Positions 1 through 14,700 of a stretch of 64,000 nt of DNA are shown here, piece by piece. The DNA is from Mobula birostris (taxonomy: Eukaryota). Each line of letters starts with the position of its first letter. Position 1 is the first letter of the stretch. The stretch is taken from positions 209,599,898-209,663,897 of the forward strand of contig NC_092372.1 in the NCBI RefSeq assembly GCF_030028105.1, in the 5' to 3' direction. The notes below the pieces were generated by a model that was not told the DNA's origin, did no database searches, and saw only the letters and a list, made by a program, of their open reading frames with translations. Both the position numbers and the translations under genes were made by a program.

Positions 1-136
1 GAGGGAATAATTTTTTCAAAAACAGTACAGTGGTTCGGCCTCAATAGCCACAGTCAACACTGCTTGACAAACCAGTGACTACCAGAGGCGCAGTACACAT
101 GGTCGACCATGACCGACAGAGGCCCCCCCCCCTCCC

Positions 137-168
137 CACACACATACACACACACACACACACACACA
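137..168. repeat. (CA)n microsatellite
   Basis: Directly visible. Confidence 0.9.
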
Positions 169-188
169 TGCACGAGAAATAATATTGT

Positions 189-322
189 AAACAAAGAGAT
201 TCAGCAGATGCTAGAATTCTTGAGCAACACACACAAAATACTGAAGGAACTCAGCGAGTCAGGCAGCATCTATGAAGGGGAATGAACAGTTAATGTTTCA
301 GTCCAAGACCCTTCATCAGGAC
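189..322 (-). mobile_element. Penelope-like terminal repeat fragment with hammerhead-like motif
   Basis: Minus strand reads GTC-CTGATGA-A-GGGTCTTGGACT-GAAA-C-ATT-AACTG, followed by the family's GATGCTGCCTG...GAGTTCC...CATCTGC tract. Confidence 0.75.
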
Positions 323-894
323 AAATAATATTGTACATTAATGATCATATTCTACAGTAGAAGGGGAAAATATTAAGGGATAGACCTGCTTAGATTTTAA
401 AAGAATGGATTAGGTACCAAAGGTTATTTCAAAATCAAATAGCATTCTAGATGTCATGTAGCGCAATATTGAAAACAAGGTATTGAGTGGAAGAAAAGAC
501 ATTAGAACTACATTTTTTTTGTTGTTTAGAAAGTGGCATCAAGGTTAGGCCATATTCATAACAGATACATTAAATTATATCTGGCTTGTACCCTCCAAAT
601 ATACAGACCTACCTCTCGGTTTTTTTACACTACCTTACTTTCTATTTTTCTATTGTTTATTTATGATTTATAATTTAAATTTTTAATATTTACTATCAAT
701 TTGTAATCCAGGGAGCGGGAAGTGCAGAATCAAATATCGCTATGATGATGGTGTGTTCTAGTATCAATTGTTTGGTGACAATAAAGTATAAAGTATAAAG
801 TAATGTATAGGGAATTTTCATTGGAATAAAGGTTATGGGCAAGGGGAAAGCTAACAGATATTTTCAAAATTATTAAAATTTATCTCTAAATGTG

Positions 895-1655
895 ACCGGT
901 CAAATAGATAGGGTGGTATAGAAAGTGTTTACATACTTGCTTCCATTGGTTGGGTCGATGCTTATGAGTTAGTAAGTCATGTTGATTCAGTCACATTTGG
1001 AAGGTTGCTTACAGTTCTGACTGCTGCATTGCAGAATGAGCATAAGGTCCTGATACAGGATTTCAACCCAAAACATCAACAAATTGTTTCCCCCTACACG
1101 TGCTGCTTGATCATTTTGAGTTCTTTCAGCACGTCATTTGTTGCTACAGGAGGAAGGTTGAGGCTTGGGAAAGGGTGCAGAAGAGGTTCACCAAGATATT
1201 GTCTGGATTGTGGAGCATTAGCTATATCCAGAGTTTGGACAAACTTGGATAATTTTCACTGGAGGCTGAGGGGTAACCCGATAGAAGCATAAAATTACAA
1301 GAGGCATAGATAACGTAGAGTTGTAGACAATCAGTCTTTTTCCCTAGAGTGAAAATGTCAAACATTAGAAGGCATGGCTTTAAGATGAGATGGGGAAAGA
1401 TTTGCAAGGCAAAGCTTTTTTTACACAGAAAGTGGTAGGTGCCCAGAATGCACTCCCACAGCAGCTGATGGAAGCATGTCACCACACAGTGTTTAAGAGG
1501 CATGTCAACATGTACATGGACAGACAGAGAATGAGGGGATATGGACTATACACAGGCAAATAGGATTCATTTAAATTGGGTTTGTGGTCAGCACAACCAT
1601 TGTGAGCTAAAGGAGCTGTACGTGTGCTGTAATGATCTAAGTTCTATGTTCTTAT
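895..1655 (+). mobile_element. Degenerate CR1 LINE 3' fragment containing a short Penelope-like insert (~1045-1146)
   Basis: Similar to the other CR1 3' ends in the window (GGGTGCAGAAGAGGTTCACCAAG...; TTCTATGTTCT tail). Confidence 0.65.
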
Positions 1656-2201
1656 GGGAGAGGGAATAGTGAATGACGGGATTCACAGCCTTATGCCTTG
1701 GTGACAAAGAGATGCAGACTTAATCTTATCTCTGAAACAATGAATGTGGATGTAACATTTCCACAGAGGACTGTTCTATCACAAGCAGTCTGTGAAATGA
1801 TCTTGGATAAGTATTTGTAAAAGGACAGAGAAATCAGGGTAGATAATTCCACTTAGGTTGCTGAAACCTGTAGAAGATAAAAAAAAAACAGAATAGTCAT
1901 CTTCTGTGTTGAACTCTTTCATGATCTGTTGAAAGTTTCACATAATCATCAAGTCCAAAAAAAGAATTATGTGGTTTAGGCTATTGTGCTGAAATCAGAT
2001 CAATGAGATACGTCTTCAATAGATTAATTTAAATTCATACACCTAACATTCTATGGAGAGCTTAAAATTCTGGAAAACTTTGTAGCTACGATTTCATTGA
2101 CCGCTGTCCAAGTACTAGCTTAAGAAATAAGGACACCTTCCCTTTTAATGTCCTCGCTAATTTTCTTAGAAAAGGGGCGACTTGAGCAGGAAACTACAAT
2201 G

Positions 2202-2273
2202 TTAAATATATTATACTCAAAGGTTCTGTTTGAAATTAAATATATTGTACCCAAAGGTTCTGTTTGAAATTAA
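2202..2273. repeat. Tandem duplication, 34-bp period, 2 copies
   Basis: TTAAATATATTATACTCAAAGGTTCTGTTTGAAA repeated with 2 mismatches. Confidence 0.85.
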
Positions 2274-5200
2274 GTGTGATTTCTAATAGCAAACTTCGCA
2301 TCCAACGAGAAACAGGAAACCTTCAAACGGTATTGTCACATAATTGTTGTTCTTCGCTTTTCAAGGATCAACTTTATTCGCCATATACTTTTACATGTAC
2401 TGGGAAATTGATGTGGCGTGTTGGCGCGACTTGCAACAAAAATCGACAACATTCAACGATTATGCAGAACAAAGAATTACATGAAAATAAAGTTCTAAGT
2501 ATAGATATGGAAGAAAATGTGCATAAATAGATACATACCAGCACGTACTTACCATGTAAACAGCACTAAAAGTGGTTTAAGTTAGTTTAACTCTGGAATT
2601 ACAAGATTTAACAGATGCTTTCATAACTCACGCAATATTTTAGCTTTATCTTCCCTCAATTTAATGCCCAGATATTTAACAGAATTTTAAACTTAACGCA
2701 TTTGTCCCGTAAAACAATTTTTTAAGTGTGAAATCGCCGCTCCGTTAACTTAAGGGCAAAAAAGTTATTTTTCGGATTAAAAAAAACTATGTAATTCCGT
2801 TTACCACCTGTTGAACAGTATGTGCATTTTGTCTGAAAGCTGAGTGAAACGAATGTCTGTCAAACTCAACAAAAACAACATTTTTCGTTACCGGCTCTTC
2901 TTTAAGCGAATGTTCCGTCATATTGCTTAAGATGCGCGTTTTTTGTTTCTTTGTGTTTGTAAAGTAGGTGGTGCTGGAATTGATTTGGGCCGGGGTCTGA
3001 CTATGTGTATTTAGAAGATGGAGGCATCCCCGACCCAGGTTGAGCTGGGCGGCCATAAACAAGTGGGACAAATAAAAATCTTGGGTGTAAATATGTCACA
3101 GGAAAGCAAAAAAAAAGCAACATCTATGCTGTTTAAAAATAGTCTGCCAATGCGAGAGAAAGAGCTAGTGCAATTATGCACATACCTCCAGCGCTACCAT
3201 GGACTAATGAATACAGTGGTTACCATGGCTAGGGCTGACTTCGAGGTGGACTTTGGGGGCCAGGCATTGTCTTCAAGCTTTACCCAAACACAGAGTCCCA
3301 GCTCTCGGCCGCAAGTCTGTGTACTTTGGGCAAACCAGGCCCCTCCTTCCTGGGCCAGAGAGCACAGGTTTCCTTCACTTAAGCATCATGCTTTTGAGTT
3401 TCTCTTGACATCCCCCTTCAGGAGACTGCCAGATCGTTAGTAAGCAACGATGGATGTACTTTTACTTAACTCTAAACAGTACGTGGTGGAGGAGATTGTT
3501 CACACGCCCATGCAACGTTGCAACAAAGCGGTTGCCTGGACTCTTGCTCAATAAGTTTCAAACTCCAATGGACTGCCCTACCTTACTTTTTTTATATATA
3601 ATACGGTCTTGTGATGTCCACACCTTTCCAATCTTACCTTTTAATGGTAACTGTAGGTGCTTTACAATTTCCTAAACAACTCTGGGCTACGTTAGACGGT
3701 TTCAAACACCCAAAGTTCAACATTCTAAGTAAATTTATGATCAAAGTACGTATATACTACCTTGCGGTTCATTTCCTTGCAGGCATTCACAATAGAATCC
3801 ATGAAAATATAAACAAGACTGACAAACAACTAATGTGCAAAAGAAGACAGAGAGTGCAGATCCAAAAACAACCAATAATAAATAAATAAATATTTTTGAG
3901 AACGTGAGTTGTAGAGTCCTTGAAAGTAAATCCATAGGCTGTGGAATCAGTTCAGTGTTGAGTTGAGTGAAGTTATCCGGCTGTTTCAGGAGACCTGTTG
4001 TTATTTTTGTAGGTTATAGCTTTCTAACTATAAAATTCAATCCGAAAAATACATTGATCTAACATTATCTGTCTCTCCACCAATTCTACCAGCCTATCGT
4101 TGTCCGACTCATTGAACTCGTTGAGTTGTAAGGTTTGTTTCATTACAGTATGTAATATGTTTTGTTGTGTAGAACTAAAGATAGACAACAACAACAAAAA
4201 AAATCACCTTTCCCATCTTCGGAACGTCCCAAAACCACTTCACTGTTGGATGTTAATTATTCTGGACGGGTAATTTTTGTCCGTAGATGGATGGATTTAA
4301 TCATGCGGTGCATTTACAGTTTAAACTCTTCAGAGATCTCTGCACATAAGCGAGAGACCTCGCACAGATCCACTTGTTACTGTGGATTAAAATTAAGTTA
4401 TTTTGTAAGGATCTTCGAATGGCAATAATCGCGGTTGCCTCTAATAATTTTACGTGTCTTCTCGATCTTTCAGTGGGGTAGAATGGCCGTTGCGTTTCAA
4501 TTGAAAAGTTTGTGTTTGGAAAATCGACATGTTAACAATAAGTCATCAAAACCCACAGCTGAGAGCCCGGCTCGCGGGTCGGATGGGGGGGGGGTGTTCG
4601 TGGATGAACGCAATCACATTGAAAAAGTTATCTTAATTGATCAACACCATGTGTAAAGTAATCTAATAAAACTTAACGTGGTGAAGAGAGCGTTCAGTTC
4701 TATTTTGCCTGTATAGACCGTGTATCGAGACAAAACAAACTAATAAGAGTCCCTTAGCAACGATATGTTGACTATTGGGGTGTCCTCTGTGTTAACAAAA
4801 AACAAATATTTTTAACAGCGTTCCTTGGATTTGTCATGGAGGCAGAGAGAGAGTTTAAGTTTCATTTCAGTGGCAATGCTTAAGTTTACTATTAAAATAT
4901 CCTTTTATAGGGAAAGTTTCCCAAAGTTAAATTAGGCATCAGAGTAGTGAGTAATATAAAATAGCCGTTATTATCATTAATGTTGTAAAAAAAAAGAACG
5001 AGCATCTCCACAATGTGATCGCTTCCTCGAGCAGCCTATATGGAGTAGGCAACAAGACCAAGGTGGGAGTTATGTGAAAACTTTTAATAACTTCTCGAGT
5101 CACCCCGCCCGCGTGTTGTCTGCGAAAGTTACTTTGATATTGTCCAGTGATTTTTTTTTGAAAGAGGCTTGCCACTGGAAACAAGATAAAAGCAAAATGG

Positions 5201-7229
5201 GGCTTTATGTGCGTGTGTGTTGGTTAGTGGAAGGGGAGGGGGCTGAAACTCCACGCTATCTGAAATGCGGTTCCTCGCCCAGTTTTAATCGGGAACATCG
5301 ACAGGTGATTGTCTTTTTCACTGAACACATCAAAGTTCTTCAAACAAAATTCTATACACAGTGACTGCCACTGTATGGAAACAAAACAAAAAGAAAATCA
5401 AAGACGGTACAAAAGATACAAAATCAATCAGCTATTGAGTGCCAATGAGCCCTGTCGAGGTGCCAAAACGAACTTTCTCAGTGATCACACTTTTGGGTTT
5501 CGTCTGGGAGGCACTGATTCACTAAGACAAAAGAAGAGACAGAATGCGTTAACCAGAAACGAACTCGGGAAGATGCACAAACACAAAGCCAATTGGTTCG
5601 AGGGTGAATATTAGATTAATTGGTAATTAACCCCAGTCTGTTATTGTTTATAAGTGTATCCCTGTGACTAACGCCTTTGGCTGTTAGTGTTAATAAATAA
5701 AGTTATTTAAAACAAAATATTGGGATACTTAAATATATTGAAAATGTATCAACATATATCTCGCACAACCGGAGCTCACACGTTCTCCGTCTCCTACCCC
5801 CACCCCCACCCTCTCCCTCTCCCTTTCTCACTCTTAGGTATGTGAACTGTTTGAGTTAATGCCATAAACATATTCAAGAAAACAACTTGATCTCTTATAC
5901 TGATCTTTAGCATAACCCCAGAGTGAAATTTAGAAGTAAACGGCGGTTGTAGGCAGGGGAGATAGCGGGTCGCCTCAACAGACTGACAGATTTGTTACCT
6001 TCTTTTGCCATTGAATCCCTTTGCAACTTCAAGCGGTTGCGATCTGAGAACCATGTAAAAACTTCAAAATTTTCCCTTTAAAAATATCGCTACTGATGAA
6101 TTCATAATACATGTCACTTAACCAGGAACTCAGATCGCTGAAATATTTAAAACAGTCACAGTGTGAGCAGTTGAATGCGTGCTAGAAGTTTTCTGTTGAT
6201 TAAGTTAGCTGCTGGACACTCCGCTTTGTGTCCCTAGAAACCTCTATCTGCCTCTCTGTTCTCATATTGGGCATCATTTTGCTTGAGGTAACATTTCAGC
6301 AATAAGTTTGACATTAAACTCATATTGCGGATCATCTTTGCCAGATTATATTTGCCATCCCATCCTGAAAGTGCCTGGGAGCAGTGGTGACTTGAGAGAA
6401 GGTATTATTTCACAACCAGTTATCAGCAAATGTGGGCATCTCCTGCCTTGTCTGCGGTGCCCAACGTGTCAATGTGTTTACAGAAAATATTTTCGGCCTG
6501 ATTAACTGGTACTTCTTAATTATTTATGTTTTATTTGATACGTATTCTGCCTGGATTATTTAATTAGAAGCACGTGTCAGAAACGCGCTGTTCAAATAAA
6601 TAATGAAACTTTTAAAGTCCGCAATTCTTATCACCATTTTATTCCCAATGTGTTATTATTGTGCTTAAGAGGAGCGTGCATGTTAACTTGAGGAGTAAGT
6701 CGTTCAATACCGTATTGGAACACGAGTTATCCACTTTGTTTATTTGAAATATAAGAAAATTAATCAATCGTTAAATTAAACCTCCGAAGCATATACTTGT
6801 AGTTATTAACTTTGCAAACTTTTGAGGGAAGATCTGACCTCTTGTATTTGAGGAAGGTGGGAGAGGTGAAAGTCTATCGAAAAATATCAAAGCGGTGTTT
6901 AAGAAATATTGTTTTAAACGGTACTTTAAATCGGCTCGCCTAATGGCAGGCGTTAAAAATAAATAGTTCAGAAATTAAATCGCTTGTTTAATTTCAACCG
7001 CGCCACTGGTTCGTATATGGAACGAGAATATGTTACGTTAAAGTCAGTCAGTCCGGTGATTGATTAGGATTGCCCGGGATGGGGTGGGAAGGAGAGGTGA
7101 GGGGAAAACTGAGCAATGAAAATAAGTTGTAATTGATGTTTTCATAACAAGGAGAGTGAGTCCTCCTCCCGCTCCTGATACGCCAGACTTCAGGTGAATT
7201 TTCAGAAACTGTTGGTTTTAGTGAACACA

Positions 7230-7300
7230 TCAGAAGCCAATAGCTGCTCGCTGGCCAATCAGATCTCACCGTTGTGCCTTTTGAGGCTATATTACATTGC
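7230..7300 (+). promoter_or_regulatory. Putative shh core promoter (tandem CCAAT boxes, TATA-like element)
   Basis: CCAAT at 7237-7241 and 7255-7259, followed by CTATATTAC at 7287-7295, about 200 bp upstream of the ATG. The transcription start itself cannot be seen. Confidence 0.6.
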
Positions 7301-7405
7301 TGTGCAGCCAGTCTTTCTTGCGCGTCTCCAGACTTCGTGTCCTTATATCACCATTTGTCCCTTTTCCCAAAAATACAAAATCCCTGACCCTGCGCCCAGC
7401 CCCTG

Positions 7406-7498
7406 ATGTGCCACCGTTGTCGGGGATCTGACTGTGGGGACATTGGAAGAAAAGAAGACCAGCGAGATAGCGAGAACGGCACAGAAGCCCCCGAGTGA
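7406..7498 (+). other. Upstream ORF (30 aa) in presumed shh 5'UTR
   Basis: ATG 7406 to TGA 7496-7498: [30 protein letters not shown]. Ends 2 nt before the main ATG. Translation not shown. Confidence 0.45.
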
Positions 7499-7500
7499 AC

Positions 7501-7797
7501 ATGATGCTGACAAGAATTGTGTTAGTGGGACTGATCTGCTGTTCTCTCGTCTCGTCTGTGAAGGCTTGTGGGCCGGGCCGGGGTTATGGGAGAAGGAAGC
7601 ATCCTAGAAAATTAACCCCACTGGCCTACAAACAATTCATTCCGAACGTGGCAGAAAAGACTCTGGGTGCAAGTGGCAGGTACGAGGGAAAGATTACCAG
7701 GAACTCGGAGAGATTTAAAGAACTGACTCCCAATTACAACCCAGACATTATTTTTAAGGACGAAGAGAACACGGGAGCGGACAGGCTGATGACACAG
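7501..7797 (+). CDS. shh: Sonic hedgehog coding exon 1 (signal peptide + start of Hh-N signalling domain)
   Basis: ATG 7501 gives [22 protein letters not shown]|[77 protein letters not shown]. Palmitoylated Cys codon at 7567. Donor CAG|GTACGG at 7797/7798, phase 0, as in vertebrate hedgehog genes. Confidence 0.97.
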
Positions 7798-8980
7798 GTA
7801 CGGGTCAAATCTCCAATTGTATTTTCCCCATTCCCCTTCAGTGTAGGCGGACTAGGGTCGCTGCCGGTGACGGATCAAACCAACATGTCGAAGGTGGGTA
7901 ATATCTGTTGGAGGAAAGTTTGGGGATTCTGGTGGATCTTTATTTTTCTACCCTTTTCTGAACCTTTCTTTTTCTTTTGCTTGTTAGGGGTGCGTGCAAC
8001 GCTTCTTGCGACTCGCTGTGTAAATGTGTGTGCAGTAATCCCCTGAGTTTGTACTTTGATCAATCAGAGTGTACACTGTGAAGAAGGGTCTCCCATGTGT
8101 ATGCATACTACCGGCCCACTTGCTAACCTGCAGTCCTGCGCGTTTACAGCTAACCTGCAGTCGTTTACTTCATCTCTCTCACTCTCTCTCTCTCTCTCTC
8201 CCCCCACCCTCCTCCCTCCTGTTAAAGTATCTTCTAAATCTCACAGTTCTGAGCGGAGATGACTTAATGAGGCTGACTTGTCTAAATATAGGAGAGATAG
8301 CGAGAGATAGACTGGGGGCGAAATCGACCCGTCTTTCCCTCGCTTGCCTTGTCTTTGCAATCTGTTCAATTGACGCCGTTCACATCGAAACTCTATCTTC
8401 TATCTCAGCGTTTACCGAAGCGTTAATTTATTGTCATTTCTTTAGGGGCAAATTGCAGTGCCAGAACCGCAGAAATATAAAGAAGGTCACAACCGTTCGC
8501 TTACTTGAAAGTTTTATTGCAAACCCTAAAAATTACAATCACAGCTAAGGTCATTGGAAGTTCCTCCTTAACGGGGCACAACGTGCCCATATGCGCGAGT
8601 GCCATTTGGTGGGACCGTCTAAAAGTCATTAAGATTTAATGCACATTTAAAAATCTCTATCTCTCGTTTAATGAACATGTATGATGAAACATAACCGAAG
8701 GGAAAGGCAGATGGTGCAATTTTTCCCCGAACAATGATATTACCCTTTTAAGCAATTAAAATCACCGAATGTTTACAAGCAGCGCGTGTCGTCCCTCGAT
8801 GCTTCATGTGGTCACCCTGTATCGCATTTTAAATAATATGAAGGCCACTGGCCGGGTTGTTCAGTGTGACACTGTGCACACAGCAAGGTTAAGACAAGTC
8901 CCGGATCTCCGACAGTCGCCGCGACAGTGAGACACGGTAACACCGAGAGAGACCTCCAGGTACCTCCGCCCCCCCCCCCA

Positions 8981-8982
<2 letters not shown>

Positions 8983-9037
<55 letters not shown>

Positions 9038-9230
9038 TGCGTCTCGCATTTTGAGTTTCACTTCCTCTTCTATTATCGATCGCGGCTGACTGAAATTGCA
9101 CATTTCATCTCCTTCTCTCGCTATCCCTTTCTCTCTTTCTTTCGCTCTCTCCCTCTCTCTCTCTCTCTCTTTCCCTCTCCCTGTCTCTCTCTTTCTCTGT
9201 CTCTGGCTGCCTGTCTCTCTCTCTCTCTGC
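8983..9230. repeat. (CA)n microsatellite and (CT)-rich tract in intron 1
   Basis: (CA)n at 8983-9034; CT-rich run at about 9110-9230. Confidence 0.9.
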
Positions 9231-11099
9231 TCAGAAACAGTAGGTAAAAGCGATTTATAGGAGCGGTGGCGCTTATGGGCAGATGGTCATACATAAAGGA
9301 AATACATGTAAAAATTTTTAAAGCCACAAGATAAAAATTGCGCTGCTCTTTTAAGATTCCTTCGGCCACTTCAGAATAACTGGGCTGCTGCAGCAGCCGC
9401 TCTCCACGCCCCGCGTACACAATGCACTGAGTGGGAAGGACGCGTCCCTGGGAATAGACCGTCTCTCAACACGGATCCCGCATTAGCTGCCAGTGTTTGC
9501 ACTTCTGACCTTCAGTCAATGCCCCCAAATATGAAAGCACCGGCAGCATAAAGTCGCGCCTTCCATGTGCGTTTTATTAAATATTCTTTACAGAAATATA
9601 TCAATGAAAAAACGTCCGGATCTCAAGTTCAACAACCCTCCGCCCACCCAGTTCACCCAAGCACAGTCTGCCTGCGTTTGTTTCGTGTAACATTTGAGGC
9701 ACCTCAGCGGGCCCCGGGAATAATCGATTGGCGATCGATCTGTGTGTGGAATTTAGTGAGTGTGTGGTGGGGGGGGGGAGAATAGAGAGCAGATTGAAAT
9801 GCCTACCCACCTGCCTCCCTACACACACATATACACACGAGGGTGAGATCGAGAAGGCGCGGTGAGCTGCTGGCATTGACGGCTATCTTTGCGTTCTTTC
9901 AAATATGTCAATTCATATCACAACCCAGCGTAAATAGAGTAAGACGTGAGCACAAGCGATGATTCGTCAAGCGCTATGTTACCTCGCCGAGGGCGAGCGA
10001 AGGTATCACGCTGAGCTTGGCTGGTGGCTGGTCAGATCTGGGTTTCATTCACGGCACACGACCCAATGAATTAATAAATAGGGTTTGTTTTGGCACTGTC
10101 GCTGCGGGTCGCTCACCGCTCTTTGCACTTCCACCGCCTCTGTATGCAGGCTCTGCCGCTCTAAAGGAAGCACTCAGAGCGGCGCAGCACGTCCTTGAAG
10201 CGTTCGTCCTGCCCGCTCGGAGGTTGTTCGAGCTACTAATGAGAGGAGCGGTGGGGTTCCTGGGGTGCGGTCCGGTCCGTCGCCAGTACAGAAACCGCGT
10301 GTGCGCACTAGCGAGCTGGTGCGGCAGACCAGGGTGAGAATGGTATCACAGCCAGTCGGGCAATTTCCAAAGAAAACTTGCTCAAAATCCAGGCCTCAAT
10401 AACCGAGGAAGGTGCGGGAATGTGCTCGGATTTTACCCAGTCTATCTGCGCGCACAGAGCGTGGGTCTGGCTAGCCCTGTTCATGTGCATAATGCCTTAA
10501 TCCAGAGTGCAGCTGAAAACGAGGAAATCACTCCCTCTCCTGCCCGCTGACAGAGTCGATAGTACGCTTTATTTATTGACTAATTGAGCGTTAAGGCAAA
10601 ATCAGCTCCCCATACATTAGCTAGATTCCCTGATAACAGCCGGAGGCTGCCTTTTGCAGGACGGCGCATTTCACAGTTACTTTCATTGCTGGTCGCAGCA
10701 CGCGCAATGTTGTCACGTCCCACGGAAGTACAAGTGACAACAGGAGAAGTAATGTCAGTTTCTCTACCTCGCACACCCCACCCCCACATCCCCCTCTGAA
10801 GGAGCCTTTGTGGCTCGCAGCAGTGTTGAGATCTGGAGCGTTGTCCGGGGAGAAAGACGGATCAGTTAGAGACCAGTCGGGTGGCTGAAACGTCCCGCTA
10901 CTTCCCATTCCCCTGCGCCGGGAATGCCGCCCGTGGGAAAATTCGGCCAACATGAACTGGTGGAGCCCGCGCTATCTGTCAGTGAAACGCCTCATCATCC
11001 CGTGTCACCTTACATGTCTTCCAGACATTTCAGCCCTTACACCCGTCTGCTCCCACAAGACAGGAGCAGGCTACTGAATAGACCTGGACAGGCAATACG

Positions 11100-11390
11100 C
11101 GAGATACATCTCCCCGAAGCAGTTTGTGTTTTGTTTGTTCCCATTTGTTTTCACCAAGGTTCCACTAAGATACATGGGAGAATTGGAAAGGCAGGAGGGC
11201 ACTGGCTGTGTGGCTCATTTCTATGCGTGATGCTTGGATTTAGACATCTGTATCAGCGACGAGCTTGTCTCAGTGATATTGCCCTGTGTATGCTCATTAT
11301 TGGCCAACCTATAAATAAATGGGAGGCACCAGCTACCGTCATAATGAAATGCCTAATTGTCTCTCAGCGAGCCAATTCACGTTGGCGGGA
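11100..11390. promoter_or_regulatory. Candidate intron 1 enhancer (ar-A/ar-B-like position)
   Basis: Unique sequence with clustered forkhead-type TGTTTGT/TTTGTTT and homeobox-type TAAT motifs just upstream of exon 2. Positional inference only. Confidence 0.3.
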
Positions 11391-11434
11391 TCTTTAACTG
11401 AGTTCTTGTTTCTCCCTCCTTTCTCCCTTTTTGA

Positions 11435-11749
<315 letters not shown>

Positions 11750-14700
11750 TGATTAACGTGATCACATTTCATATCAGTATTACTCACTTCTAATCTGAAA
11801 ACACCCCAGGCGCCAGTCAAAGCTTCCTGCCACTCCTGTAAAGTGGAGACGCCGAAGAATTAGTGCTCTTTACTGATCTTGTCATAAATAATATGGTAAT
11901 CAGTTCACAGTAAGTGAGGGGGAGGACACTACCGAGATGCAATGAACCGGGACACTTTCCCGAAGGTGTCAGCTGGGCCTCAGTTGGGAGCAGTCCCGTC
12001 TTGTGCGTTATTTGGCTGTGGGTTCAAGGCGCAGTTATCAGGACCGGTCATCAGTGCAGCCGCCCTATCCGAGGAGCGGACTTTCGGCTACATCTCCCTG
12101 TTCTGTCGGGCGGTGTACCTGTATTTGAAGAACACTTGAACAGCCGATGTTGAGTGGACGTTCCTGTAGTGGAGGTGTCGAAAACCAGAGAGAGGGCGCA
12201 GCCTCAGTGTACAAGGACGTCCCTTTAGAACGGAGATTAGGAGGAATTTCTTTAAGCAGAGGGCCAATTAATTCATTTGCATAGATGGCTGTGAAAGCCA
12301 AGACATTGGGCATATTGGTTCTTGATTGGTAAGGCTGACAAAGGTTACGGAGAGAAGGCAGAAGAATGGGGCTGAGAGGGATAATAAATCGGTCATGATG
12401 GAATGGTGGGACAGACTCAATGGGTCAAATGGCCTGAATGTTCTCCTCCCCCCGTCCCCCCACCGCCACTGTAGGAAACATCCCCTCCACGTCCATTCTA
12501 TCGAGGCCTGAACCAGACCATCTGGTCAGCGGGAAATCTCGGGTTCCAGTGGGTTTTCGCCCTGAAGATGCTCGCACTGAAGGAGCACACCTCAGAAGCT
12601 CAAAGACTCAGTAACTTAAGCAAAACGTAGAAAGCACAAATGCTCAGGCGCTCTCTGTGCATAGGAAATGTCGCCGTTTACAGGCATGACCCACTGATAA
12701 ACCCCCCACGTAACTGACTATTCGCTCTGTGCAAGGCCCCGGGTAGCGACCTGGGTCCTAGGGAAGGAAGGTGGCATTCTGCAGGGGCAGATATATTCCA
12801 GCGACACTGATTGGTCAGGGACCAGTAGCATCCCGAAGTAACGGGTTTTTGATTGGCTTTGGGTAAAAAAATGACAGCTTGGAGTTGGCGAATGTTGTTG
12901 ATGGGACAACATCTCGCACCCCTTTAGAGTTCCGCCTAAGAATGTTTGCTAACTGGTCTGTGGGCGGTTAACTGGGGGATTTTGCGTTACCGCGTATGGA
13001 GAAAGAGCAGAAGTACGGACTAGCAGAATCTATATCTCAAAACGTCTCGGCTCCTGGGCTACACTGTGCCTCATTTATTTCAAGATATAATTCGTTCATT
13101 TATTCCTTGCCATGATATAAATCGTTCAAGGGAGTGGATATAGTATTTTCTACATGCACTGGGAGGTGTGGAGATTGCTTGATAAGTTTTCTCATTCAAT
13201 CTCGAAATTCAAAGTCTGCAGCTGCAACGAAATCAAGAATCGGTCACTTTATTCATCACTCAGTCTCCAAGGACACATAAAGAAACCGCAGCGCAGGCGG
13301 CCTACACTTAACCTGTCCCAGACCACAGATATATTTCTAATGAAAAGACTTTATAGACCTTAAGTAAAAAAGCGTGCAGTGGGTACTGACTAAATATAGA
13401 CCTGGGACTCTATAACAAAGCTTGGATGTTTTTACTGTTCAATATTGTGCGGATACTTGCTCTTTGTACTGCACAGTGATCTAATTATAATTGGCGGTCC
13501 TGGATATAAATCGCTCTTCTCCCTACGAAACCCATGCTTTCACAGAAACGAGTTCTTCTGACTTCTTGGTAAACATTAAATTTCAGCGTGTTAAATGTGT
13601 GATTACACTTGGCCGGACGTATAATTTCTAAGTTTCTATTTTGCTACACAGACTTTACCTGAGTAATAATATTTTAAATAGTAATTTTCCCACTACCCGC
13701 CCCCCCTGCCCTGTTCCCCCGTCCCCTTTTCCAGAGCATTTCACTGTGGCCTGGATTTGGGTCAGACTTGTCATTGGCTTTTGTTGAATCGTTCACCACT
13801 TTTCTGCAACATTGCCACAGGTTTTATCTCCGTAAGGATAACAGATCTTATTATAATCAAATAAACCCATTAATTTTTTTCATAGTCCATTTGTCGATCT
13901 CTGTCTCCCAATCTCCGTCTCTCACTCTGCCTCTGTCTCCCTCTCTCTCTCACACACACACACACACGCACTGTCCGCCTTATCTCCCCCTCCCAATGCC
14001 CATAACTGTGTTCCCTTCTACGCGCAGCTGTGAAATGACAAACTCCAAGAATTCGTAAGAATATTCATTAAAGTGATTCTGCAAAGGAACTGCGAGATCT
14101 TCGCGGGCTACCGCCAGGATCCCAGTCACTAGGATGCTGTTTTAGACCCTTAGCGCCGGAACGCGGACCCTAGTTGTTTAATAAGGAGGTGCAGGACCAC
14201 AACCGTCGTTCTTGCATCGCCACGTACTGTCTTAATGAAGAATGAACCACGCTGTGCGGGCCAAATAAAGAATTATAGGTAAAAACTCTTAGAAGACTCG
14301 TCTAATGTCGAGTATAATCTGGCCCTCCTGTTATATAGCTCTAAATAGGAGAGGGGCAAATCTGAAATTTAAAATTCTAAACACACTGGGGTATCCAGAC
14401 TCGTCTTGAGCCCATGTCATATGGGTCGTGTGATTGTACCACATAGATCTGCCGAACTATTAGAGGGGACTGTTAGTCCAGTCTCCGATCCGTTTGTTCC
14501 GCCACTATTTCATGCCTGTGAATCATATGAGAAGATTAAACGCTGTCTGCGGAGGAGAAAAATTCCAGCGAGGAAGATTCGTTTTCTACGTCTCTATTTG
14601 TAGAAAGAATGATCCCGGGGAGAGGAATGCAAAGCCGGGGTTGTCTCAAGCCTCGAGTCATTGTCAGCCTAACAGAGGAGAAGGGGCCATTGATGGCGGG

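Noticed and set aside
4909-4923. GGGAAAGTTTCCC palindrome as an NF-kB site
   Set aside because: Spacing does not fit GGGRNNYYCC, and a single short palindrome is not enough evidence.
7495-8046. 183-aa ORF as a single-exon protein starting at 7495
   Set aside because: 7495 is GTG and the ATG is at 7501. Hedgehog similarity stops at the GT donor at 7798; the rest is intron read-through.
8812-9420. ORFs with CVCV/HTHT/SLSL/RERE runs
   Set aside because: Translations of CA and CT microsatellites.
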